Assembly: GCA_039028615.1 (NCBI GenBank)
Contig: JBCCHT010000009.1
Coordinates: 96,001-160,000, forward strand
Source: Myxococcota bacterium
GTDB taxonomy: Bacteria; Myxococcota_A; Polyangia; Nannocystales; Nannocystaceae
Direction: 5' to 3'
Length of the DNA stretch: 64,000 nucleotides
Shown piece by piece: positions 27,482-36,571 of the stretch (positions are counted from its first letter, which is position 1; every line of letters begins with the position of its first letter). Below the pieces are notes generated by a model, which was not told the origin of the DNA, did not search any database, and saw nothing but the letters and a program-made list of their open reading frames with translations. A program made the position numbers and the translations under genes.

Positions 27482-28993
27482 ATGCCTCGCCCCCGAAATC
27501 TTCGCCGCCTGTTTTTCATCGCCGTCACCTGCGGAGCGTGCGGCCCCGATGACCTCGGCGACGAGCCGGCCATGCTCGGCGAGCGGTGTGGGAGTACCGA
27601 GCCGACGCAGTTGCTGCCGCTCCTGCCCGAGGAGATTGTCTCCTTTGGCGCGAACTCTACCGCCCCCTACGAGGATGGATGGTTGGTCGCGGTCACGACC
27701 CTCGATGCTCCGTTCGACGGGACCTTGGCGGGTCAGGCCGTCGCCCACCGCGTGGTGTCGGTGGATGCGTGCGGACAACGGGAGCCGGAGCTGGTCCTCG
27801 AGGGGGTCGATCGCATCTTCCCTCCTCCCGCGTCGGGCGATCTGCCGTGGCTGGCGTGCTCGAGCGCGACCGATGAGATGTTCACGTTCGACCCCGAAGG
27901 CGAGGGGCAGGCGAGCTCGCAGGGAGTCGTCGAGCACTGTTTGTTCCGCGTATCCGGTGACCGGATCTGGATGTCGACCACCCGAAACGGCGGCCAGCAC
28001 GAGCTCATCAGTCTGTCCCCGAGCCCCGGCGGCATTGCAGGGACCACGTCTTGGACCGTGACCGATGAGCTCGCCCCAGGTCTCGGAAGTTTCGCGGTCG
28101 ATGCCGCCGGAGACTACGCGTGGATGGTCAACGACGCAGGTGAGCTCATCGAGATCGAACTCGAGCCCCGCGGATTCACCCTCTTGGCCGAAGGTGTCGG
28201 GACCGTCTTCACCGCGCTCGATGGGCGTTTCGTGGTCTGGGGATCCGAGGCCGACACGTTCACCCCCGGGGAGTGGACGATCCTCGATCGTGAGTCCGGC
28301 GAGCACATCGACGTCGACGTCGACGGGGAGCGCGAGCTGTTGGTCAGGGGCTCGCCATTTTCTCTGGTGTTCGAGGCCGGGCGCGACGAGCAGACCAGCG
28401 ACTACGCGATCGTGCGACTACCGACCCTCGAGGTCTCGGCGCTGACCGGCGGCCGCTGGGGGCGTTTCGTCGACAACGGCCCGGGTGACATGGTCTTGCT
28501 CGAGCTGGGACCCGAGCCCGATCTCCACGTACTTCGGTCGGGATCCAGCACGCCCGAGCTGCTCTACGAAGGCAACGTGGTCGACTTTCGTGTCGACGAC
28601 GGCGTCGTCTGGGCGTGGGACTACTACGACTACCAACCGTCGCCCGCGCTCCGCGACAACCAGACGCGCTTGGTTCGAATCCCGCTCGACGGGAGCGCGC
28701 CGGAGGTCGTGGTGGACGGGGTCTGGCAGCCTCGGGGGCTGGACGACGGGCGCTGGCTGGCGGTGCAGGACCACGGTGGCGATGGCCTGGGGGAGCTGCG
28801 AGTCCTCGATCCAGTCGAAGGGACCTCGCAGTGGATCGACGACGACGTCTCCCTCTGGTTCACGCGTCTCAGCGGGTTCGCACACTCCTTTTCGGGTGAG
28901 ACCACGCTGTCCTCGGACGACCCGTTCCTGTACAGCGTGCATCACTCGGAGCGCAGCGGGCTGTGGGCGGCGACCCTCGCCGCTCGGGAGTGA
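27482..28993 (+). CDS. Hypothetical lipoprotein, probably beta-propeller-like
   Basis: Basic N-terminus plus CGAC lipobox-like motif, and a beta-strand-rich acidic sequence. Confidence 0.6.
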   Translation: MPRPRNLRRLFFIAVTCGACGPDDLGDEPAMLGERCGSTEPTQLLPLLPEEIVSFGANSTAPYEDGWLVAVTTLDAPFDGTLAGQAVAHRVVSVDACGQREPELVLEGVDRIFPPPASGDLPWLACSSATDEMFTFDPEGEGQASSQGVVEHCLFRVSGDRIWMSTTRNGGQHELISLSPSPGGIAGTTSWTVTDELAPGLGSFAVDAAGDYAWMVNDAGELIEIELEPRGFTLLAEGVGTVFTALDGRFVVWGSEADTFTPGEWTILDRESGEHIDVDVDGERELLVRGSPFSLVFEAGRDEQTSDYAIVRLPTLEVSALTGGRWGRFVDNGPGDMVLLELGPEPDLHVLRSGSSTPELLYEGNVVDFRVDDGVVWAWDYYDYQPSPALRDNQTRLVRIPLDGSAPEVVVDGVWQPRGLDDGRWLAVQDHGGDGLGELRVLDPVEGTSQWIDDDVSLWFTRLSGFAHSFSGETTLSSDDPFLYSVHHSERSGLWAATLAARE

Positions 28994-29070
28994 GCCCGAC
29001 TCGATATCGCTGAGGACCTTGGGTTGCGCCCACGCTTGCGCGCCGTGAAGATCGCGCCCAGACTGCGACG

Positions 29071-29820
29071 GTGGCCGACCCCGACGAGCACCCCGCGAAA
29101 CCGTCGGGCTCGGCGCAGGTGGCCGAGGACCTCGTCGACGCGGCAACGGGGCTGGACGGAAGGGCCTGGCAGACCTTGCGAGACCTCGTGCTGCGACCGT
29201 GGACGATGATCCAGCGCGCGGCGTTCGACCACGACCCTCGGTACGTCAGCGCCGTCAAGCTCTCGCTGGCAATGTCCACCCTCTCCATCGTGCTGATGAG
29301 CTGGCTGGTGCCCAGCGAGGCCTACTTCGATCGTCTCCGAGTCTCTTCACCGGAGGCGTGGGCGCAGCTCACCGCTCAGCTCGACGCGCACGGGGTTTGT
29401 TTCCCTCACTTCGCGGATCGTTTCTCGAGCCGCCACGAGTTGCTCAACACGATCGCCACGCTGTTCGAGTGCGGGGTCTTTGGCCTGTTCTTGTACGTCC
29501 TCGACCGGGCTCGTCCGTACCTGTCGCACCTGAACTTCGTGCTGTACTGCTACTCGCTGTGGTTGCTGGCCACCGCCCCGCTGCAGTTCGTGGTGGTCGC
29601 AGACCTCGGCGGGTCCGGCTTCCTCGCGGGAGTGGGAATGATCGTGCTGCTCCCCGGGCTGATGCTCATGGGGCTGCGTCGGCTCTATCCGGCGCCGTGG
29701 CTCAGGCAGGTGGTCCGCGGGTCGATGCTCCTGGTCCTGACGGCGGTCCTGCTCGGCGCGACCGTGGTCATGATCTCGTCGGGGGCGATGGCCTGGACGC
29801 GCGCCTCGTTCGGCCTTTGA
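29071..29820 (+). CDS. Membrane protein, DUF3667-like
   Basis: DGR.W.TL..L..RP...RYV.AVKL.L, R.Y..HL.F.LY and several TM helices. Confidence 0.65.
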   Translation: MADPDEHPAKPSGSAQVAEDLVDAATGLDGRAWQTLRDLVLRPWTMIQRAAFDHDPRYVSAVKLSLAMSTLSIVLMSWLVPSEAYFDRLRVSSPEAWAQLTAQLDAHGVCFPHFADRFSSRHELLNTIATLFECGVFGLFLYVLDRARPYLSHLNFVLYCYSLWLLATAPLQFVVVADLGGSGFLAGVGMIVLLPGLMLMGLRRLYPAPWLRQVVRGSMLLVLTAVLLGATVVMISSGAMAWTRASFGL

Positions 29821-29884
29821 GCCCCGGATCTCGGGAGGCCTCCAAGCCGCCATCACGGGGCGACTTGGAGGTCCCGACAGTCGT

Positions 29885-31768
29885 TCAGCCCGGCGGCGGC
29901 AGCTCGGCCGGGGGCACCAGGATGAACACGTCGCGCTCGTCGAGCTCACCGCAGTCGTCGGCCAGGACTCGAATCGTGGCCACGAACAGCCGCGGATCAG
30001 ACGCTTGCGGCACGAAGTCGTTGTAGGCCTCGACGGTGAAGGTGACGTCGGTGTTGGGCACCACGCCCTCGAAGGTCGTGGGCGTGAGCACCGGGTCCGC
30101 GACGCCGGGCACGGGCACGGGCCCATGCGACAGCGGCACGACGGACACGATGAAGTCCGCGGTGGTGGTCCCCGGAGGGAGGGCGATGCCGTCTTGATCG
30201 GTGTCGATGCCCTCCCACTCGCGGGTCACGTCGAAGGGCGAGAACAGCGTGACCATCTCGATCCCCGAGACGATGGAGTTGTCGACGCCCGCCCCGGTCC
30301 CCGAAGCGAGATAGGTCAGCGGGCACATGCCCGAGGCGTCGGGAGCTTGCCCCGCGCCGTTGATCCCCGTGCAGCACTGTCCGATGGCACACCCCGCGGG
30401 GTGACCCGCGACGTCCCATGCCTCCGGGGGCACGATGGCTCCGGTGGCGTTGTTCCACTCGATCCCGTCGGACTGCGCGGAGCAGGTGGCCCCGGATGCG
30501 GTCGCGACCTGCACCACGCGGGCACAGATGTCGTTGAGCGCGGCCATCGTCGTCGCTTGGTCGTGAGCCACGGCGGTGACGGATCCGGTCGTGTACTGCT
30601 CCTGGAAGCATGCCGCGCTGCCCGGATCGTGGCTGATCGCGTCGGTGATGTTGACGACGACCGGCATCGTGCCTTCGCGGAAGCCGACCCCGCCGATCCC
30701 CGAGGCATTGGGGGGCACGTTGGTGGGCGCCGGCCCGGCGAGCCCGTCGCCCGTCGCGATCTGGTACAGCGCCTCCAGAGCGGACTCTGGCGTGTCGTTG
30801 CCGCACCCGATCGCGTTGCCGGCAATGCCCAGCTGACCCACGGCGGCCTGCACGGCCGGGATGTCGTTGGTGATCTCGCTGAACAGCTCGAAGGGCTGAT
30901 CCGGGCCTCCCACCGCGCCGTAGGTGCACGAGACCTCACCGTATGGGAGCACGGGGAAATCGTCGTAGGCACCGACGCCGAACCAGGTATCGGGCACCGC
31001 CGCCTCGATGCCCGGGATCACGGTCGAGGTCAGCGAGTTTTGCAGGTTGGTGACCTCGCCATCCATCGACCCCGTGGTGTCCATGTTGAAGAACACGTCG
31101 AGGCTCTTGACGTCGGTGCTGAAGGTCAGCTCGTTGGTCTGGTTCCCGTCACGATCTTCGTAGGGCAGCACGAAGAAGAAGTCGGGCTCCTCTCCGCTCT
31201 GCTGGTACGCCGCGACGGTGACCTGCGCTTGCCCCTGTCGCTCTCCGTAGTTGGCGGTGACGATGGTCGACGCGAAGTAGTTGGTGGGAAAGCCCGGGAT
31301 CTCGAGGGTGGGCCCGTTCATCGTGCCCACCGTCATGTTGGACAGCTCCCAGGTCACGTCGGTCGTCACGTCCTCCTGCATGCCGCCGTCGTAGAAGGCG
31401 GTCACGGTGAAGTCGGTGGTCGCCGGAGTCTCGAGGTCGAGCTCGATCACCGAGTTGGGCGGCGAGACGAGCACGTAGAGCAGCTCTGCATCACCCGGCG
31501 GTCCGGTCGTCGACGAGCCGGAGTCCGCGGCGGTGTCCATGCCGTCGCTACCCGAGCCGCCCTGGTCACCGCCGCCGGAGCCATCGTCGGTTCCGCTGCC
31601 ACCGGTGCCGGTACCCGTGGCCGAGCCCGCGGGGCCTACGGACGCAATGCCGCCTCCGTCGTCGTCACCTCCTCCACCGCTACCCGTACATCCCGCGGTC
31701 AGCGTCAATGCAGTCCATGAGACCAATAGCCTCAAACGCAGCAGCCCTGCCTTCGAGTCTTCCATCAT
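29885..31768 (-). CDS. vWA-domain lipoprotein with an Ig-like domain
   Basis: Lipobox LTAGC, Gly/Ser/Asp linker, MIDAS DVFFNMDTTGSM, GNDTPES.LEAL, GVGFR and ITDA. Confidence 0.8.
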   Translation of the reverse strand: MMEDSKAGLLRLRLLVSWTALTLTAGCTGSGGGGDDDGGGIASVGPAGSATGTGTGGSGTDDGSGGGDQGGSGSDGMDTAADSGSSTTGPPGDAELLYVLVSPPNSVIELDLETPATTDFTVTAFYDGGMQEDVTTDVTWELSNMTVGTMNGPTLEIPGFPTNYFASTIVTANYGERQGQAQVTVAAYQQSGEEPDFFFVLPYEDRDGNQTNELTFSTDVKSLDVFFNMDTTGSMDGEVTNLQNSLTSTVIPGIEAAVPDTWFGVGAYDDFPVLPYGEVSCTYGAVGGPDQPFELFSEITNDIPAVQAAVGQLGIAGNAIGCGNDTPESALEALYQIATGDGLAGPAPTNVPPNASGIGGVGFREGTMPVVVNITDAISHDPGSAACFQEQYTTGSVTAVAHDQATTMAALNDICARVVQVATASGATCSAQSDGIEWNNATGAIVPPEAWDVAGHPAGCAIGQCCTGINGAGQAPDASGMCPLTYLASGTGAGVDNSIVSGIEMVTLFSPFDVTREWEGIDTDQDGIALPPGTTTADFIVSVVPLSHGPVPVPGVADPVLTPTTFEGVVPNTDVTFTVEAYNDFVPQASDPRLFVATIRVLADDCGELDERDVFILVPPAELPPPG

Positions 31769-32465
31769 CGTTCCCCCTTGCTCTTCCGGAGCAATGCCAC
31801 GGTAGGGGTTGCGTCCGCGGATTGTCAAAACGAAGTCGATGACGGCAATGACCGTGAAAGGCCTCGCACGGCCATTGCCGACGCGATACGTCCAACACCC
31901 AACAAACCAGATCGTGCGAAACGAACATGGGGCTTCGTCCCCCCGCATTGCCCATGGGTCTCGGGGGCTCGAGTTGACACGGTGGCACGATGCACACGGG
32001 GCTCGACAAGGCGGCGCGTCTTTGGGCGGCTCGTCGCCGACGTGGAGCGACACGTCCCGCGGCTCGAAGCGATGGTCATGTCGCCGACCGAGATCACCGA
32101 GCTCGGTCCAGGGTTCATCGGCAAGTCGATGCGCGAAGTTGAAACCGGTCACGAATCGACGCGCGAGTCTCAGGGGTCGCGACTTCCTGCTGGCTCACGA
32201 CGTGCGCCTCGATCCGCTCGCCGAGTCTTCATCATCGTCCACGGTCGCCGCACGGCCGTGACCACGGACGCTCGTTCACCGTCGCGAGTCCAAGGCGTCC
32301 CACGTCTTCGAAGAACACCGGCTATTCGTTTCTCGTCGTTCGCGGCCACGGTGGCTCGCACGGCGGGACGGACGCTGGGGCGACCGTTCCTTGACACCCC
32401 CGGACTACGGTGGCAGCGTCATTACGGTGGTAGGGCACTCGATGCCGGCGGTCTTTCGGGAGGGC

Positions 32466-33389
32466 ATGCTTCTCGGAAACCGTCGAGAAATTGTCTCCAT
32501 GGGGGGCTTGTCGGTTGCTCTGATCGTCGCGTTGGGCGGATGTACGGCCGTCAACCCTGCGTACGGTGTGTCGGAATCCGCGACCGGTGGCGCCGATGGG
32601 AGCGGCGGCGCTTCGATGGGCAGCGGCGTCTCGATGGGGCCCGGCACGTCCATGGGCGCCGACGCCTCGATGGGGGGCGGTGGGGCGACCAGCGTCGCGA
32701 CTGAACCCCCCGCCGAAGAGGGGGTGGCGACCACAGACGAGCCGAAGTCGGTTTGTGGCGACGGCATGCTGGACGATGGCGAGGAATGCGATGACGGCAA
32801 CGATGATCCGCACGACGGATGCATCGCCGATTGCGTGATTCCGAAGTCATGCCTGGAGATCCTCGAAGCGCAGCCGGAGGCCGAAGATGGCGATTTCCTC
32901 ATCGCTCCCGTAGACGGAGAGCTGCTCGACGTCCACTGCGACATGACCACGGACGGAGGCGGCTACACGTTCCTTGCGTTCGAGGGCAAGGACTTGATCC
33001 GCACTCAGGACGCGGATGGAATCTGCGCCAGCCTCGGGATGCAGCTATGGATCCCACGAACCGAGGCGCATCGGAATTCGAGCTGCGAGCTGGGCGACCC
33101 CAACGTCATGATGCGCATCATGGGGCTCTACCCTGGTGAAATGGGGGCGGGCTGTCAGGCGCCGATGCACAGCGACAGCCGAGATTGTTACTGGGTCGCA
33201 AGTGATGGCGGGCCGTTCTGGGTCCGCAGCCGACCTCGCGTCGAACCCAATGGAAGCGCGACGATCAACGAGGGCGCCTGGTACGAATGGGACGAGCAAT
33301 GCGAGGTCGTCAACATGGATGACCAGGGAGGCCAGGATCGCAGCACTGGATTCTATTGTGATGTCGGCGACAAGTGGGGGCTGGAGTAG
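32466..33389 (+). CDS. Cys-rich lipoprotein with a myxobacterial CGDG repeat and a fibrinogen-like domain
   Basis: ALGGC lipobox, CGDG.LD.GEECDDGN, and SC.EI......DG.F.I.P...V.CDMTTDGGGYT. Start uncertain. Confidence 0.75.
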   Translation: MLLGNRREIVSMGGLSVALIVALGGCTAVNPAYGVSESATGGADGSGGASMGSGVSMGPGTSMGADASMGGGGATSVATEPPAEEGVATTDEPKSVCGDGMLDDGEECDDGNDDPHDGCIADCVIPKSCLEILEAQPEAEDGDFLIAPVDGELLDVHCDMTTDGGGYTFLAFEGKDLIRTQDADGICASLGMQLWIPRTEAHRNSSCELGDPNVMMRIMGLYPGEMGAGCQAPMHSDSRDCYWVASDGGPFWVRSRPRVEPNGSATINEGAWYEWDEQCEVVNMDDQGGQDRSTGFYCDVGDKWGLE

Positions 33390-33463
33390 CGGGGCGCCGA
33401 ACGGAGCGATGGTGAATCTGGGCCGCTGTCGAGCAGCCGCCGCGCCACGCTAGACTCCGGCCG

Positions 33464-34522
33464 ATGACCAGCGGGATCGTTCGTGGGCGCGGCGTGATCC
33501 GAGAGCGTGGTGTTCGAGAGGGCTGCGCGTCAGCCTTCGCTCGTCTTGCCTTCGTGCTCGCGGCGACCTCGGTTGCGTGCGCGTCCGAACCGGCACCGAC
33601 GGCCCCCGCGGAGGAGGTGGTCCTGCCGCAGGCTCCCGTGCCGGGCAGCAGTGGAGCGCCGACGACCGATAGTGAGGCGGAGCCGGCCTCCGCAGATTCG
33701 GCCATCGAGGCTCCCGCGGAGGATGAAGACCGGGCCGACTACCAGCGCGACGACGTCGATCGCAGCAAGGCCGTCGTCGTTCCCTTCGCGGTCCGCGACT
33801 CCACGATCCCGATCGAAGTGACGCTGGATGGCCCGGGGGGTCCGGCGGCGGCCAACTACCTGTTCGACACCGGCGCTTCGTTCATGACGGTCTCGACCGC
33901 GATGGCTCGTCGCATCGGGCTGGAGATCCCACCCGATGCTCCCACGCTCGAATTTCGTATGGCGACGGGAACCTTCACGCATTCGTTGGTGCGGTTGCCC
34001 GCGCTCGAAGTAGGGGCGACGCGACTCGAAAAAGTGCTCGTGTCGGTCTGCGACACCTGCGTCGAAGAGCGAGCCGGCATCGACGGCTTGCTGGGAGGCA
34101 ATGTCATTCGGGAGTTTCTGGTCGAGATGGACTATCGCGACGGAAACTTGGTGCTCCTGCCCTGGACGACAGTCAGAGACAACCGAGCCGGGGACCTGGA
34201 GGTCATGGTCCGACTCAGCGTCGAAGGCACGCCCTCGATGTTGCTCGGGGCCGTGGACTGGTCCGTGAAGGTCGAGAACATGTCGCCCCATCCCATGGCG
34301 GAGCTGAGGCCGGTGGTGGAGTTCGACGGCGGCGTTCGTCTCGTGGGGACCACCATCGAGCACATACCGCCGCGGGGGGTGGCATCATCGAAGGTCGAAG
34401 GACGGGCCCGTGAATGGGGCACGGACTCGAGCCCCATCCGCTACACGCTGGGGCTCGAACACGGTCGCTGGGCATCCGATCCGTCGCCGGACTCGAAGGC
34501 GGCTGCCGACCCCAGCCGCTAG
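33464..34522 (+). CDS. Retropepsin-like aspartic protease lipoprotein
   Basis: Catalytic YLFDTGAS motif, DGLLG and a VAC lipobox. Confidence 0.8.
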   Translation: MTSGIVRGRGVIRERGVREGCASAFARLAFVLAATSVACASEPAPTAPAEEVVLPQAPVPGSSGAPTTDSEAEPASADSAIEAPAEDEDRADYQRDDVDRSKAVVVPFAVRDSTIPIEVTLDGPGGPAAANYLFDTGASFMTVSTAMARRIGLEIPPDAPTLEFRMATGTFTHSLVRLPALEVGATRLEKVLVSVCDTCVEERAGIDGLLGGNVIREFLVEMDYRDGNLVLLPWTTVRDNRAGDLEVMVRLSVEGTPSMLLGAVDWSVKVENMSPHPMAELRPVVEFDGGVRLVGTTIEHIPPRGVASSKVEGRAREWGTDSSPIRYTLGLEHGRWASDPSPDSKAAADPSR

Positions 34523-34833
34523 AGGTACACGAACAGCCAGTTGCAGAGCCAAAGCGTCACCATACCGCCACCGAGGGTGAGCGCTACGCTGCGGGTGTAC
34601 CAGGCGATGAGCACGGCGACGATGGCGGGCACGAGGCGCTCGGGCGGAGGCCCGCCCACGGCGTCGTGGGGCAGCAGGGTCGACGCCACCAGCAAGGGCA
34701 GGACGGCAGCGGGGACCCGCTGGAGCACTCGATCGGCGCGGGTGGCCTCGGACGAGCGCGGGATGAGGAACATGGAAAGCCGCAGGGCGAAGGTGGCGAG
34801 CCCCACGAGGACGATGGTGAAAAGGACGGTCAT
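34519..34833 (-). CDS. azlD: AzlD family branched-chain amino acid export protein
   Basis: IVLVGLATFALR, L..VPAAVL..LV and TRS..LT..GGM. Overlaps the azlC stop. Confidence 0.8.
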   Translation of the reverse strand: MTVLFTIVLVGLATFALRLSMFLIPRSSEATRADRVLQRVPAAVLPLLVASTLLPHDAVGGPPPERLVPAIVAVLIAWYTRSVALTLGGGMVTLWLCNWLFVYL

Positions 34834-35510
34834 CGTTCGCGATCCAGGAATGCACCGACGGCGAGGCCGACGGCCACGGCGGTCATGAGACGAAAGGAGG
34901 CGGGCAGCCCCGAGACCAGGAAGTAGGTGCACAGCGACGCGGCGGCGGTGGCCAGGTTGGTGCGCCCGCGACAGGCGGGGACGGCGAGGGCGATGAACGC
35001 CAACGGGGCGGCAAAATCGACGCCGAGGGCCGGGGGGGCGCCCATGCCCACCGTGGCCCCGACCACCGTGCCGAGCTGCCATGCGCACCACAGCGTCAGG
35101 CCGACGCCGAGGTAGAACGCGGTGTCGTGGGTATGGCCCTCGGGCTCTTCGTGGCGGGCCACGGTGAGCGCGTAGGCGTGGTCGGTGAGCAGGTACGCGA
35201 GCCCGAGCTTGCGTAGCAGGGAGTGCCCGCTGAAGGCTCGGGACAGCCCCGCGCTATAGAGCACGAGCCGCGAGTTGATGACCACGGCGACCAAGACGAG
35301 CATGCCGATCGAGGCCCCGGTGGTCGAAAGCTCGAGCACCGCGAGCTGAGCCGCCCCCGCGAAGACGCCGATGGACATGAACGCGGCTTGCAGCGGGGAC
35401 CAGCCGGCCTCGGTGGCGGCGATGCCCGCCGCGATGCCGAAGGGGAAGGCCCCGGCCGCGAGCGCGAGGCTGCGTCGAACCCCCTGCCAGGCTGCTTGGC
35501 GGGCGTTCAC
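34830..35510 (-). CDS. azlC: AzlC family permease
   Basis: PFGIAAG, MS..VFAGAAQL, VINSR..LYS, LLTD..YA and W...T..G. Confidence 0.9.
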   Translation of the reverse strand: MNARQAAWQGVRRSLALAAGAFPFGIAAGIAATEAGWSPLQAAFMSIGVFAGAAQLAVLELSTTGASIGMLVLVAVVINSRLVLYSAGLSRAFSGHSLLRKLGLAYLLTDHAYALTVARHEEPEGHTHDTAFYLGVGLTLWCAWQLGTVVGATVGMGAPPALGVDFAAPLAFIALAVPACRGRTNLATAAASLCTYFLVSGLPASFRLMTAVAVGLAVGAFLDRER

Positions 35511-36448
35511 AGCGTCAGCTCCATCATGAGGTCGCCGCGATCGTACTTGGGGTGAGGACCGCTATGGGTGACCCGGAAGCCGTGCTTGCGATAGAGGTTG
35601 ATCGCGGGGACGAGCTTGGAGTTGGTGACCAGGTGCAGCTTGGGCAGGCCGAGCTCACGCGCGCGCTCGATGGCGGCCCGCAGCAGCTTCACGCCGATGC
35701 GGCGGCCCTGCCACCGTTCGGTGACCGCCATCTTGGTCAGCTCGCAGGACTCGCCCTCTCGCTGCAGGGCGCAGGTACCCACGATCTGGTCGTCGACCCG
35801 CGCGAAGAGGATGGCCCCGCCGTCGCGGACGAGCACCGAGGGGTCGGCAAAGAGCTCTTCGTCGATGGGCTCGACCGTGAAGTACTTGTCCAGCCACTCG
35901 ATGTTGAGCCGGCTGAAGTGATCGGCGAGGGCGGGGTCGAAGTCGACGATCTCGACGGTGTCGAGCATGCGTCGGCGCTGGCGATCGGACACGCGCTCGC
36001 TGAGGCTCTGCACGGCCAGCGCGCTCTCGAGGCCCTGGACGGCGGCGAGGACGTCGACGCCGCCGTAGTCGACGGCGTCGCGCAGGCTCGACTCGATGTC
36101 GTCCCATAGCTCGCGCAGCCGCGGAAGCATGGCGACGCCGGCCTCGGACAAGGACAGCAGGCGGCGGCGCTCGTCGTCGGCATCGCGCGAGGCTTCGATG
36201 AGGCCGCGCTCGAGCAAGCGCTTGGCGGTCTGACTGACGGCGGCGTGGGTGAGCCCCAGCTCGCGCGCGCACTCGCCCACCGTCAGCTCGCCGCGATCGG
36301 CCAGTACCCGAAAGACGGGGAACCACCGCGGCTCGAAGCGCACCTCGGCGCCCCGGTACACGATCACGCCGCTGCTCATGATGCGGTCGCTCAGGCGACG
36401 CAGGCGGCTGCCGAGCGCGAGGAGGCCCAGGTCATCGATAAAATCCAT
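35507..36448 (-). CDS. Bifunctional MarR-type HTH regulator / GNAT acetyltransferase
   Basis: LALGSRLRRLS, THAAVSQ and D.DERRR, then LN.EW..KYF..E, ELTKMAV...QG..IG and A..LY.K.GF. Confidence 0.9.
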   Translation of the reverse strand: MDFIDDLGLLALGSRLRRLSDRIMSSGVIVYRGAEVRFEPRWFPVFRVLADRGELTVGECARELGLTHAAVSQTAKRLLERGLIEASRDADDERRRLLSLSEAGVAMLPRLRELWDDIESSLRDAVDYGGVDVLAAVQGLESALAVQSLSERVSDRQRRRMLDTVEIVDFDPALADHFSRLNIEWLDKYFTVEPIDEELFADPSVLVRDGGAILFARVDDQIVGTCALQREGESCELTKMAVTERWQGRRIGVKLLRAAIERARELGLPKLHLVTNSKLVPAINLYRKHGFRVTHSGPHPKYDRGDLMMELTL

Positions 36449-36459
36449 CGTGAATGACT

Positions 36460-36477
36460 TCCGTTAGTGCTTACGGA
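36460..36477. promoter_or_regulatory. Palindromic operator upstream of the MarR-GNAT/azlCD operon
   Basis: TCCGTTAG-TG-CTTACGGA (one mismatch), 11 bp upstream of the start codon, in an AT-rich tract. Confidence 0.55.
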
Positions 36478-36571
36478 GTTAATAACGCAAAAGGAAAGAA
36501 GCGCCAGAAACTCCATGAGTGACCGGAATTAGACCATTCCGGTCGCTAATGAACAGCGGGGGACGCGCCGA

